From NCBI RefSeq assembly GCF_000002075.1, contig NW_004797685.1, positions 115,492-179,491 on the forward strand: a stretch of 64,000 nucleotides of DNA, given 5' to 3'. The translations under genes and the position numbers were made by a program. Origin of the DNA: Aplysia californica (taxonomy: Eukaryota). Position 1 is the first letter of the stretch; every line of letters starts with the position of its first letter. The notes beneath the pieces were generated by a model. The model did no database searches, was not told the origin of the DNA, and saw nothing but the letters and a program-made list of their open reading frames with translations. Positions 1 through 11,789 of this stretch are shown here, piece by piece.

Positions 1-72
1 AACTTGTGTTTCGCACGCTCATATGACCTTAGCAGTTGCGAGCGCCGTAAAACCTTATACTACTACTACTAC
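1..72 (+). mobile_element. 3' tail of I/Nimb-like LINE with (TAC)n end
   Basis: Near-identical to 11372-11440 (CGCTCATATGACCTTAGCAGTTGCGAGCGCCGTAAAACC); related tails follow ORF2 ends at ~23430, ~39690 and ~57890. Confidence 0.65.
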
Positions 73-734
73 ACCCTGTAATACTCCGTGTCTCTTTTCT
101 CATGCATTCTTTCTTTGTTTCTCCTTGCTGTTTATACCAGCTACCATGTCCCTGTTCAAGAGGATCATCGGAAGAGGTCATTTGTTTTTTAGGGAGTTTT
201 GCCTTTCTTTATATTTCTCATTTGTCACTCTTTTATGACAAAAAAGGTCCTCCTATAGGCTTGATGATTGGCAAGTCCTTATAGTTTCGATCTTGCATAG
301 GAAACGCCAGATCAACTTCTGTGTGGGTGAATTTTTGTCGAACGTTTTCATCTTTCTGCTGGTATAGGATGTGTCAAAACAGCCCGTCGCCTGAGCAACT
401 TAAATGTGTCGTTGCGTACGCAAATATTCAATGTAAAACTACATTCTTCTTCTAAAATCCGAGTCTGTGCTCTTCACTTTTGAACGAAAAAGATGAGGGT
501 CTGATTCCCACATTGGGAAGTCTACTGTATCGAGTGTGCTCGTAATGTCCTGTCCTGAGCTGCATCCTAATGAGCCGGACATGTTGCACTCAGCCCGGGT
601 TGGCCCTGGTAAGCAGGGTCGAAGAAGGTAAGGTCCTTCCTTGTCGAGGCGTGTGGCGATTTATTATTGCTGAGCTCTGACCCACCGTGACGTTTTTGGC
701 TGCCACTGGCCATGCGTGGTTTTAGGTCAGAGCT

Positions 735-1358
735 GATAGTGTCAACAGTCTCAGACAGGTTCAAGAATTTAAGTACCTCAGAAGTATATTCACAGAGGAT
801 GGGCGACTGAACAGAGAAATTGAAACACGAGTACAAAAGGCCAATAATGTTAGTTACCAACTTACTCCACTAACGAAACATCCTAACATCCCCATGACAA
901 CAAAACTCAAAATGATCATCAAAATATTCATCCCAACACTCACCTATCAATACCAAACATGGACCACGAACAAGACATTAGAGCAACGAATTACATGTGA
1001 AATGCGATGCCTTAGAAAAGCAGTAAACAAGACCAGGCGAGACAAAATTAGAAATTCTTTTAATCCGAGAGATGGTGGACACAAATGATGTCATGATTCA
1101 CATCCAGCACCAAAGAATCAAATGGTTCGTACATCTTCTACGATTACCAACACACCATCTTGCACAACATGCCTACATCCAAAAATTCGATGGCAACAAG
1201 GCTAGAGGGCGACCGAGAAAGACCTGGATAGATGGAGTCAGGGAAACATTAACCACCCACATCGTCCCCCTGACCCAAGCTCTCCGGCTGGCGACAGAGA
1301 GACGTTTCTTTCTTCCCGCGACACTCAAAAGGGTATAAGCGGCGGATAAAAGTAAAAA
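735..1358 (+). mobile_element. 5'-truncated RTE-clade LINE (RT C-terminal region), decayed
   Basis: Fragments EFKYL, IPTLTYQYQTW, CEMRCLRK, GNKARGRPRKTW; AAAGTAAAAAG tail; related to 46749-47617. Confidence 0.8.
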
Positions 1359-2289
1359 GCTGAGAATGTTGTGTGGATTCGTTGTAGACTCACTAAGACC
1401 TGAAGATGTAATATATAGGGATGAAAAAATGGGCAGAGTGCCGATACTGTTAAGCGAGTGAAAAGTAAGCTAAGGTTCATTGACAGTGTTATGCTTGGTG
1501 CTACGAAGCGCTGGTCGACAATTTTCGAAAAATGTTAATAGTGTTGTTTAAAAAATCGCTACCTCTTAATTTCAAAGTTCTCTCAGCTCATTGCCTAGTT
1601 TTGAGAAATTTGAGCTCAAATATTTTGAGTTTCACAACATGTCAAGCTTTTTCGAATGCTATTCTTTGAATATCTTGATGACGACTCCGATTAATTTCAC
1701 GATTTTGATACAGGAGATAGAACATTTGGTTTCTGAACCGAAACAGCCAAAATTGTCTGATAGAACTTAATAATTTTGAGGTAGTTTAAGGTGAAGGCAT
1801 GCTTTTAAAACGATTTTTTTTACTATGCGTTTTTAAATACTTCTACCATTATGACTTGTAAAATAAAACCAAGACGTGCTGTGAACTGACATGAAAACAA
1901 CCAACTTGTGCTCTGCGCGACTGCGCGCTCGTGTGACATTAAAATGCAGTTGCGAATGCCATTAAACTTTTACGAAAACGAAGGTGTGCTCCTTTCGGTG
2001 AAAGATGAAGTCTTTAAGATTCGTTGAGTGATCTACCCTTACATCAGTGACTTCGTGCGTTCGCTATTCTTTTACGTAGATGACGCCCTCTTTGCTCCAA
2101 CTGTGGGCGACTCCCAACAGCAGATAGTTCCCCGCCGTCAGAACTTCTGTGACACGAAGTGAAGTATTCTTTGGCTTGTGACGGTTCCTCAAAATACGCA
2201 CTTTTTAATGTTTTTGAAACAAATTTCACAGTACAGTCACATCATAATGTCCTATTTTTAAAAGCGAACTTCAGACACCATTCAAAAAA

Positions 2290-2693
2290 GTATTTAAAAT
2301 AGTTTTTTAATGTCTTTGTTGATGCACAAACACCATCCAAAATGTTCAGAACATCAGAAACACAGGTAAACATCGCAAACACAATAGCTACATCGCTCTC
2401 CAAGAACTCATCCAAAGCAAACTACAACACCACTTTCCAAAACATCAAAACTAACAGAACAACAACACCTAAACTTTCACTCAAACAAAAACATTGAAAC
2501 CTACAACGAAGACCTCATACTAGACGAATGAGCATAATGCATCTCAGCCAGGGCAATTCAGCTCACGTTCCAGATGGCATCCCCAATCAGATTATTAGAC
2601 ACCTACCCACAGAAACATACACACTTCTTCTAAACGTATACAATGAGTGTCTTTCAGGAGTCATGGCGACTTTCCTTTGTCATTCCAATTCCC
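2290..2693 (+). mobile_element. I/Nimb-like LINE ORF2 internal fragment running into a gap
   Basis: IANTIA..SKNSS..NY..TFQ and PDGIPNQIIRHLP..W..S.VIPIP, the region just before the RT domain. Confidence 0.65.
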
Positions 2694-2854
2694 NNNNNNN
2701 NNNNNNNNNNNNNNNNNNNNNNNNNNNNNNNNNNNNNNNNNNNNNNNNNNNNNNNNNNNNNNNNNNNNNNNNNNNNNNNNNNNNNNNNNNNNNNNNNNNN
2801 NNNNNNNNNNNNNNNNNNNNNNNNNNNNNNNNNNNNNNNNNTGAAAAGTTATTT

Positions 2855-3669
2855 TTACTCCTTGTTCAAAAATGTTTTCATGAACACTGCTCGATATTTC
2901 GAACTCATTTTCAGATATACAAATATGTTCACGCTTGAGTTGACAGTTTCTGCTAGGTATGATGAAGACCAAATGACAAGATAGAGATTAGGATAGGCAC
3001 CATCAATACGGAAATTTGTGTCAAACAGCATATAGAAAAACAGGATCGTAGGAGGTAAGGAACACACGATGAAAATGACGGCAATGAAGGTCACCATCTT
3101 GACAACCTTTTGATCCTTGACCCCAACTCCTTCCGCTGCACGGTCACCCTTGGCAACAGTTGCCTGCCGCCATTTTGTTTTACTATTGAGTTTGACGACA
3201 AGCACGATGGTACAGCAGATGACGAAGACGAAAGAAAGCGTCGTAGTAAATACGCCTTGGGTGAGATACGTAATGGCTTCCAGCAGTTCTCTCTCGGCCG
3301 TGTACGTAGTTTTTAATACAGTAGCATTCACGGTGAAATCGAAAACCCATTCAAGTCTGCTTCCAAGGCAGAAGGGAATAAGTAAAATGGACATGGTGAT
3401 GTAGATGGAGATAATGATTATCTTTGTCCTTACAGGTGTAATGATCGTCTTCACCTTCAGAGGGGCAGCGATACACAGACATCGCTCGAAGGTGATAAAG
3501 GCGGTGATAAAAGTCGCGATTTTGACAAAGAGGTAATGGGGCATGGCTCCTGTGAGGTGCATGATATCTCTGGGTTCAAAGGGTAACTTAGAGAGGTAAA
3601 ACAGAGGGTTCACGCAAATGCTTATCCATATCATGGTCACCAGGGAGCACAGGTCAGACAGAGCGAGCC
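2855..3669 (-). CDS. Chemosensory-type GPCR gene 1, exon 2 (TM2-TM7, short C-tail)
   Basis: Acceptor TTTCAG|GG restores Gly and gives GLALSDL (TM2 LAxxD); FERC at end of TM3; NSSVNIFVY in TM7; open to TAA at 2855. Confidence 0.92.
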
Positions 3670-3831
3670 CTGAAATGATAAACAGTTCTAGGGATGGAAA
3701 AATGCAATACATAATTTTGACCCCCCCCCCCCCCCCGCTTTTTCCCTTGCAGGTTGGATAGCATGGCTGTGGAAACCTTCTGACATGAAAAGAGGCAAAC
3801 TAAGTTTGAATTTTTTTTTTTAAATTTCAGT

Positions 3832-3834
<3 letters not shown>

Positions 3835-3894
<60 letters not shown>

Positions 3895-4470
3895 AGGGCC
3901 AGTTCTATGACTGACATCGGCGATCATGGTTCTCCATTCTTTCTTTTACTCGGATGTTCTAAAAAAAAAACTACACAACCCTGATGTTTCCAAGTCACCC
4001 ATCTGTTTAGGCTCTCCAAGTAGGTTGCTCTGGATCTACCACTGCCTCGTTTGCCTTCAATATTTTCAGTGAACGCTAAGTGTTCAGGCCTTTATGTCTA
4101 TTCAAGTGTCCTAGAAACTGCATTAGAATGTGTCTTTTCCTGATTATTTTTATCAGCGAGGAGCTCACATGGGCTTCTTCGAGTGCTGCCTATTTTGATT
4201 TTTTTTCACCCCAAGTTTTCAGTGCTCTCTTAAGAAATCATATTTCTATTGCTTCTATTTTTTCACTGTCTGTAGTTATTGTCCAGCATTCACCGTCGTT
4301 TGGGGCCTTCATCATACATAGCATTTCAGAACTTTTATTTTGGTAGTCATTGAGGTGTTTATATTTTTCGGGATTGGGCTCATTCTACTAAAACTATCTT
4401 TAGCTATTGCAATTCTTCTACCTCGTTTTATTTTTGTGAAACATTGGCATTATGTGTAATTGTATCCCAA
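3835..4470 (-). mobile_element. RTE LINE 3' remnant with (ATG)n tail, present near the acceptor in all four introns
   Basis: Minus strand encodes IEGKRGSGRSRATYLESLNRW; trinucleotide tail 3835-3893; paralogous remnants at ~16250+21154, ~38170, ~38540 and ~54600. Confidence 0.75.
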
Positions 4471-4913
4471 TTTGGTTTGCAAATTCTTAGCAACAGCTAA
4501 CCTTTATGTCTGGAGGCATTTCCCCAATCCACCAACCGCGGAGCGCTGGGTTGGGTGTGAAGACCCAGTACTGTTTCAGTAAATTGTGTGTAATCAAGTT
4601 TAATAAGACGATATATATTTTTTGTTAACCTGCTTTTCAACTTGCTACATTAACCCGCTTACGAAGATCCCAACATACCTACCAAAGTACTGTCTACCTG
4701 CTTATGTCCCCTCGTTACTTTTTTTAGCCCGATAAATTCATAGGCTAAAACTAACCTTAACAAAGACTGTTCCCAAGATTTCGTAACTGCACGGTGACAT
4801 TAAATACGGTTCCAGTAAGGAACGGGAGAAGGGGTGCCACGTCCCTCATGACTCATTGGAGCTGAGGAAGATAGGACTGACGCGTACATTACATACACAC
4901 CATCATACATCAT

Positions 4914-5813
4914 TCACCGTTCCTCTTCATATTGGCAATCGACTGGCTGATGAAGGAAACCACCAGACGACACAAAAATGGTATACAGTGGACACCATGG
5001 ACACAGTTGGACGATCTGGATTTTGCAGACGACTTGGCGCTCTGTCGCACACCCAGGAACAGATGCAAGCAACGACTTCAGTATTAAACAGCCTATCGGA
5101 GTCTGTTGGATTGAGGATCCACCCCGGAAAGTCAAAAGTCCTAAGGACAGATGCACAACAAAAGGAGCAGGTCACAATAGAAGGAAAGGCCCTAGAAAAC
5201 GTTGAATCCTTCTGCTATCTTGGGAGCATAATTGACAGAGAGGGAGGAACAGGTGCTGAAATTAAGTCCCGCATTGGAAAAGCACAGGCTGCTTTCATAT
5301 CTTTGGATAGGATTTGGAAGACCGGAGATATCTCACTTCGAACAAAGCTGGGGATTTTCAACTCAAACGTGAAGTCGGTCCCGTTGTATGGATGTGAGGC
5401 ATGGAACGCATCACAGACTTGTGTAAAGAGAATCCAGGTTTTCTTGAACAGGTGTCTAAGAAAGTTACTGAGGATCAGATGGACAGACAGGGTTACCAAT
5501 GTGGAAGTGTTAAGGAAAACAAGATAGATCCCAGTCAGAGATGAGACAGGAAGAAGGCGGTGGCGATGGATTGGACATACTCTCAGGAAGTCAGACAGCT
5601 GCATAACAAAGAAAGTTTTGGATTGGAACCCACAGGGCAAGAGATCAAGGGGAAGACCTCGTGGAACCTGGAGAAGAATCACAGAAATCGATGTACAGAA
5701 AAGTGGGAAGACATGGAACAACATCAAGAGGCTAGCCCAGGATAGAGAAAAGTGGAGGGTGGTTGTCCGTGGCCTATTCCCTGGTGCAGGGTGAGAAAGG
5801 CAATGACGATGAT
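4914..5813 (+). mobile_element. Young 5'-truncated RTE-clade LINE in the gene 1 intron
   Basis: SPFLFILAIDW..DLDFADDL..FCYLGS..LYGCEAW..WRWIGHTLRK..RGRPRGTW, with one frameshift and one stop; 13-bp TSD CATCATA(C/G)ATCAT at 4901-4913 and 5814-5826. Confidence 0.88.
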
Positions 5814-5847
5814 CATCATAGATCATCACTCACCTCCACCATCATAT

Positions 5848-6283
5848 GTGTGAGGCAGCGTGGTGGAATCAGGCTCTCGTCAAAATAATCAAAGTGAAAA
5901 AACTTTCATTTTTCTGCAGGTTTGTGAATTTTTTATCAAATTTTTGTTTTTTGGCTCGACACCTTTCATGCTCATTAAAGAACTCATTTCTGTGTGAATT
6001 TTTCTGAAAAACGCTAACTAAAGGTTCAAAAAATGTAAATTTTCAGTTACCACGGACTCAAAAGTTAAGGAAATAACTAATCTTTGGCGGCCATTTTCTC
6101 ATTAACTTTCCCTGAAAACAAGTGACCTCCACCTCCTTCATTTGCAAATATCTCGACTTGTATTCAAGATAAATGGATATTTTTAAAATCCAAATAAAGA
6201 CAAGTGAACAAGCTTTCAGATTTCACCAATAACTCCACATGCCCCAAAATTGACGAGAGCCTGATTCCACCATGCTGCCTCAC
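5848..6283 (+). mobile_element. ~435-bp MITE, family A, copy 1
   Basis: TIR GTGAGGCAGCGTGGTGGAATCAGGCTCTCGTCAA; ATAT on both sides. Confidence 0.9.
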
Positions 6284-7132
6284 ATATTTAAAAATCAGCT
6301 TTGCTCTCAGATCCTTGACATACATTTATATTCCTTAACTCTTTTATCTATAACAGTTAGAGGTTATAATAATTACGTACTATTTGACACTATCAAACCC
6401 ACCTTTTCCCACTATTCAAATGACCTCAATCTCACAGAATGGGCAAGGGACAAAGAATAGGTCTGCAATCTTCACCGCTTTGAGATATTCGATCACCAAA
6501 CTTGTTATATAGCAACTGTGTGTTTTGTTGTTCAGTTTTGAAACTGCACAGTGGTATGGAATTGGATTACCAGTCTTTTAAACACTTTTCACTTTTTGGG
6601 AAACTCACTTCTTTAGTATGGCGGTTAGGCGCTTCTCTGTGGCTCGAACAAAATGGGAGTTTGATTCATGTGTGGGGAGGACTTTTTATCAAGTATCTTC
6701 GTCTTCTTGCTTGGACGTTATATCCGTCTGAGCCCAGGCTGACCTCGACACTGTCAAATTATTCTGTTCCAATGCAGCAGCGCCCCTTTTAACAATTCAT
6801 AAACGATTAGAATTCTAAAATTTCTTCAAAAATGGGGAAAATCGGGAATCTAAATCGCACACGAAAACCCCCCTGGATACAATATTCACTTGTGTGGGTT
6901 ATTTAGGAGAGAAAGGTATTGTCGGCCGGCGATTTAGATGTACCAAACCCATGAATTTTGACCATTTTTAAAAAGCTGCAGCTACCTATTCTGTGGTACC
7001 GGTCATACGTGCTTGAGAAATAAATTGGTTGAAATGATATCCACTTCACTTAAGTGGGTAAGGTTTTTTCCAGGACTGTTAGAGAAACATATTAGTTGTA
7101 AGTAACTGTTGATCGGATTATTTTTGTCTCAC

Positions 7133-7379
7133 CCATGAGGCTGATGTTCATGCTGTCTTGAAAGCCTTGTCTGACAAACACAACGATGTTGATGATGTTG
7201 GAGGCCACGCCAAACAGACTAACGAGACCACAGAGGACGACCCCGTTGACCACTTGGACAATGTACCACTGCTCGTCGCTTACGATGTCATAATGTGAAG
7301 GAGAAGGCGACGTCGTTATAGGCAAGCTGTCGTCGCGAGAGTCAGTCGAATTGTTTACCCACAGGTTTGAAAACGACAT
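7133..7379 (-). CDS. Chemosensory-type GPCR gene 1, exon 1 (N-terminus, TM1, start of TM2); CDS join(7379..7133,3669..2855), 353 aa
   Basis: ATG at 7379 (MSFSNLWVNNST) is shared by all four paralogs; TM1 VVLCGLVSLFGVASNIINIVVF; phase-1 donor ATG G|GTGAGA at 7133/7132. Extra in-frame upstream ATGs (e.g. 7415) occur only in this copy. Confidence 0.9.
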
Positions 7380-8360
7380 TCTGGGTAAGTGAGACGTTTG
7401 GGACATAGCTATCATTGTTACCTTTGCGCTGAGTTCATCCCCTATTTCAGACAGAGACCTTGATTTATATTCTCAGTACAAAGGAAACCAAAACTTAATC
7501 AAAGACAAAGAACCATCTTATAACAACATTCTTTCTTCGTGTTCATGGAATACACCCCGAACATTCCAACAGCTCTTTTTAATAAAGATGACGATTAAAC
7601 CATTAAAGTTGAATAAAATTGGATGCATTTATTGTTGTAATAATATCTATGTTAAGTAATTATATTGAAAACGACTGGCCATTTATCTCTTTTAGCCTAG
7701 TTGAATTTGTTCAATTTTACTGAACGTCAGTGCTGAAGGTCTATTATAATAGATAGCATTCGTATAGCGCTAATTCCCGCTCAACAGCAAGCTCTATGCG
7801 CTTTACAATCTATTATATACCATTACCCCTTTATTTTAACTATTTGAGTAAACTTTCAGCACAGACTTGTAAAGATGTGTCACAGTCATCGTATTGACAC
7901 TACTCCCTCCCTAAAAAAGGGGTAAATGCCTGGGTTTGACAGATTCAAATACTACGTTTTGTTATGTCTGGCTGCGTCCCCGTGCGTTTATTACCATAAC
8001 TTGGGGGGGGGGGGTGTTCTAATGCATCTTAACATGAGTTGACCTTTAGAAACATGCTAACGGATGTGTTAAATCTTTTGTCAATAAGTAGCCTAAGTCG
8101 ACCCGCAGTCGCTATGACAGACACAGCGTACGTTTGATCGTCGATTTGAGCTCACTTTGTCATGATCATTTGTCTGTCAATAATTATTCCTCTCGCGCGC
8201 TAAATTTGTCGGATTTTGTCTCGCTTAGTCGGATTTTTCTATTTTATTTTTTTGTGTTTTCATGATATTTCGATCCCGTAGGCCCTCGATTGTAGTCAGA
8301 CTCAGACGGGTGTTAAAATAGCGCGAAATGACATACATTATTAGTAGTTGTAAAAGATGG
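7380..8360 (-). promoter_or_regulatory. Conserved upstream region of the receptor genes (paralogs ~25100-26200, ~41515-42420, ~59135-60020), with a TATA-like box 70-90 nt before the ATG
   Basis: About 1 kb alignable in all four copies; minus-strand TATAAAT in genes 1 and 4, CATAAAT in gene 2 and TTTAAAT in gene 3 at the homologous position. Function inferred from position only. Confidence 0.45.
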
Positions 8361-8721
8361 ACCATTTGACAATGAGAATGACAATCTTTATTCATCTCAC
8401 AGAGAGGAATTTGTCTTGGTCGTTTACAGTGGCAGCGGACGATACAAAGGTAAGGTACACTCACGCATACGTACAACAAAACAGGACATTGGTAAATACA
8501 TATAGTCTGCATGTTTTACGAGCTGAAACAACCCCNNNNNNNNNNNNNNNNNNNNNNNNNNNNNNNNNNNNNNNNNNNNNNNNNNNNNNNNNNNNNNNNN
8601 NNNNNNNNNNNNNNNNNNNNNNNNNNNNNNNNNNNNNNNNNNNNNNNNNNNNNNNNNNNNNNNNNNNNNNNNNNNNNNNNNNNNNNNNNNNNNNNNNNNN
8701 NNNNNNNNNNNNNNNNNNNCG

Positions 8722-11445
8722 TTGATATATAAAGAGACCCACTACCCCGTCTGTAGGAGGTGAAACCTCCCCAATGACGAAGTGCCGCACACGCACCCCC
8801 TACCCTCTAGGATTCGGTTGCGACACCTAGATCTACTTTGGTGTATCATTCTCTTCTCCTTCCTTCTTTCTATTTCTATCTTTTCTTACACGCCAACCTC
8901 ATGTGGAGCCCCCCCCCCCCCCCCAGTGGGTCGGGGAGATATAAATAGACCCACTGCTTCGTCTGCAGAAGGTGCAACCCCTTCAAAGGCGGAGGGTCGC
9001 ACAAGGACCCCAACCCTCTGGGATCCGTGTGCGACACTCACTTTGGTGTATCTTCCTCTTCTCCTTCCTTCCTTCTTTCTTTCTTCTTCTATCTTTCCTA
9101 CCACCGCTGACCTCATGTGCAGCAAAAAGAGAGGTCACCCATCCCACAGAGTGGGCGCCTCGTTGACCATGAGGTGCGACCCGTGCGGAGGACTGTCCCT
9201 CGCCAACACACCTCTTTGGCCCTGGTTTTCCTCTTAGACGGGAGGGTGGCACGGCATGCCACTCAATCGGTTGAGAGCTGAAACCCCATCAAGCCCTGGG
9301 TCAATCTTGACGGGAGGCTCTCGTACTTTCTCGTTGAGAGTATAGCTCCGGGGTAGCCCTGGCACAGCTCTGGTTATCCGAGCTATGTGTCCCCTTGTTG
9401 GGCTCTGTGGCGGGCAGGGAGCCCCGGAGTCGAATCAAATAGAAAACTCTTATGGATTCAAAAAACCCAAAAGACCCTTCCCCAGCTCCCAACGTAAAGA
9501 AGTCTCGGCTCGCGGAAGCCGGTGCGGCCGCCGAGCCGAGCAAAAGCTCAAAAAAAGGTAAAAGGACCTTTACCGATGCCTCTTTCCTCCCTCCTCCCAA
9601 GGAGCTTCTGAGGCAACCGTACGTGGCCATCTCCAGTACCAAAGACGCACAGAGAAGAATTACCGATCTCAACCTCTTTAAGACGGGAGATGCACTACGG
9701 AAAGTTCTGGGATACATTCCCACATGTGTACAGAAACTTTCCTGTGGTACACTCCTTGTCAAGTGTGCAACCGAGATCGAAGTGACCAAACTCCTGGATA
9801 CCACGACCTTCGGCGGTATTCAATGTAAGTCAGAGCACTACCAAAAATTTAACCGCTCGAAGGGTGTGGTCCGCAGCCATGAGCATGGAAGAGATTGTGG
9901 AGCACTGTGAGGGAGTGGTCGAAGCCCCCCCGGATTACTCTTCGGCGGGGGGAGACTACTATCGAGACGAACACGATTGTCCTAACATTCGAATCGTGTC
10001 GCCCTCCAGCCACCATTCGGGCATCTTACTTGATACTCGACGTAAGACCCTATGTGCCGAACCCTCTGCGCTGTTTCAAGTGTCAGAAGTTCGGCCATAC
10101 CAGTCACGGTGCCGTCACGCAGCCGTGTGTCCTCGTTGTGGCAAGACCGGGCATCCTGAGAAGGAATGCAAGGCTAGTCCTTGTTGCCCCAATTGCCACG
10201 GCCAGCACACAGCTTTCAGCAAGGAGTGCCCGACTTGGCTCCAAGAACGCGCCATCCAAGAATACAAGGCGCGAAATGGCTGCTCCTTCCAAGAGGCCCG
10301 TAAGGTTGTCTGCCCGCCAATCACAACCCCAGTCATTGGCCGGTCATATTCAAAGGCAACCCAGATGGTCACGAGGTCGGCAAGTAATTCTACTGCCGAC
10401 CTCCCAAAGCCTGCGGTCAACAGGCAAGTCTCTGCGCCAAAGATCACCAAAAATAAAAAGCCCGCTACTATCCCTGTGCCCCTTTGAGGTGCCACTCTCT
10501 AACAGCTATGGGGTTCTAGGGGAGGACGGGGAGGACTCTTCCTCCGCCCCCTCTTCTCCCCCTCACCCCTCTTCTATCATTTCTTCTTCTTCTTCTTCTT
10601 CCACCTCTCAGCCCATCCCTCTGATGGAGTGTGAGGTGGGGGCCTTCTCCCCTCCCCCAGCCCCCTTCCCCCCTTCCCAGCCCCCTCGGTCTACTCCACC
10701 TCCCCCTACCCCTCCAGCAGACAAACCCCTGCCTATGGAGGAAGACAGCTCCGACCCCCCTCCCCGGCCTGACCCGGGGAGGGGCGGAGTCTGTCACTCT
10801 TCCAAATCCCCCACTAGACCGCCGTCCAATCCAGGACGGCAACCTAGAAAACACTCTGCCTCCCCCGTAAGGAGGAGTCAGAGTGCTTCTTCGAAGCCGG
10901 GGCCTTTGAGCTCCAAACAAAAACCTAAAAAATCATAATGGCGGTCCTGCAATGGAATGCCGGCGGAATCCGACCTTCCATTGCAGAATTGCAACATTTA
11001 CAGGCCACACTGTGCCCACGGGTGGCCTGTATTCAAGAAACAAAATTCGCCCCGGCTTCAACCATAGACTTAAGAGGATTTACTGCGTACCATCACATTC
11101 ACACGCAGAACCAGATTGCTTCCGGTGGTACCACCATCTACACCGACAACCACACACTCCACAGACAAGTACATCTTAAGACGACCCTCCAGGCTATTGC
11201 CGTACGGGTCACCCTGCACAGACCAATCATGATCTGCTCAGTTTACATCCCACCAACTTACCCCCTCAAAATAACCCAACTAAATGACTTAAAATCTCAG
11301 CTCCCAAAACTTTTTATTTTGCTAGGTGATTTAGTTAGCCAGTCGTGAAGTGAACTTTCGCAGAGGTGAACAACTTGTGTTTCGCGCGCTCATATGACCT
11401 TAGCAGTTGCGAGCGCCGTAAAACCTTATACTATACTTATACTAC
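8722..11445 (+). mobile_element. I/Nimb-like LINE: GC-rich 5'UTR, frameshifted ORF1 (~9452-10938), start of ORF2 APE (10938-11333), then 3' tail
   Basis: RPYVPNPLRCFKCQKFGH, CPRCGKTGH and CPNCHGQH zinc knuckles; MAVLQWN..CIQETK..CSVYIPP..LLGD endonuclease; ORF1 stop overlaps the ORF2 ATG (TAATG). Confidence 0.88.
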
Positions 11446-11448
11446 TTA

Positions 11449-11765
11449 CTTCATGTGGAGCAAAACTAGAGGTCAACCATCCCTCAGAGTGGGTGCCTCG
11501 TTGACCGTGAGGTGCGACCCGTGCGGAGGGAAACCGGGTACCTGGAGGTTGAGGTGAGATCAGTCTGCAGACTGTCCCTCGCCGACACACTTCTTTGGTC
11601 CAGGTTCCCCTTAGTCGGGAGGGTGGCACGGCCCAAGCCACTCTATCGGTTGGGAGCTGGAACCCGTTATTGCCATGGGTCAATCTTGACGGGAGGGTCT
11701 TGTACACTCTCGTGGAGAGTATAACTCCGGGTAGCCCTGGCACAGCTCCGGCTATCCGAGCAATG
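11449..11765 (+). mobile_element. Second copy of the same LINE 5'UTR directly after the 3' tail
   Basis: Collinear with 9110-9385. Confidence 0.8.
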
Positions 11766-11789
11766 AACTTCCGTCTTATCATCATTCAT

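Noticed and set aside
3110-3404. Plus-strand 68-aa and 95-aa ORFs recurring opposite exon 2
   Set aside because: Antisense shadows of near-identical receptor exons; no independent coding evidence.
3670-3712. Single-exon starts given by the ORF track (3712, 16169, 37989, 54512)
   Set aside because: They lack TM1 and are not conserved; splicing to exon 1 explains all four genes.
7380-7472. In-frame N-terminal extension upstream of the shared ATG (open ~27-31 codons in genes 1-3)
   Set aside because: No shared ATG or clear acceptor, gene 4 has an in-frame TAG at 59177-59179, and a TATA-like box lies within it; treated as 5'UTR pending 5'RACE.
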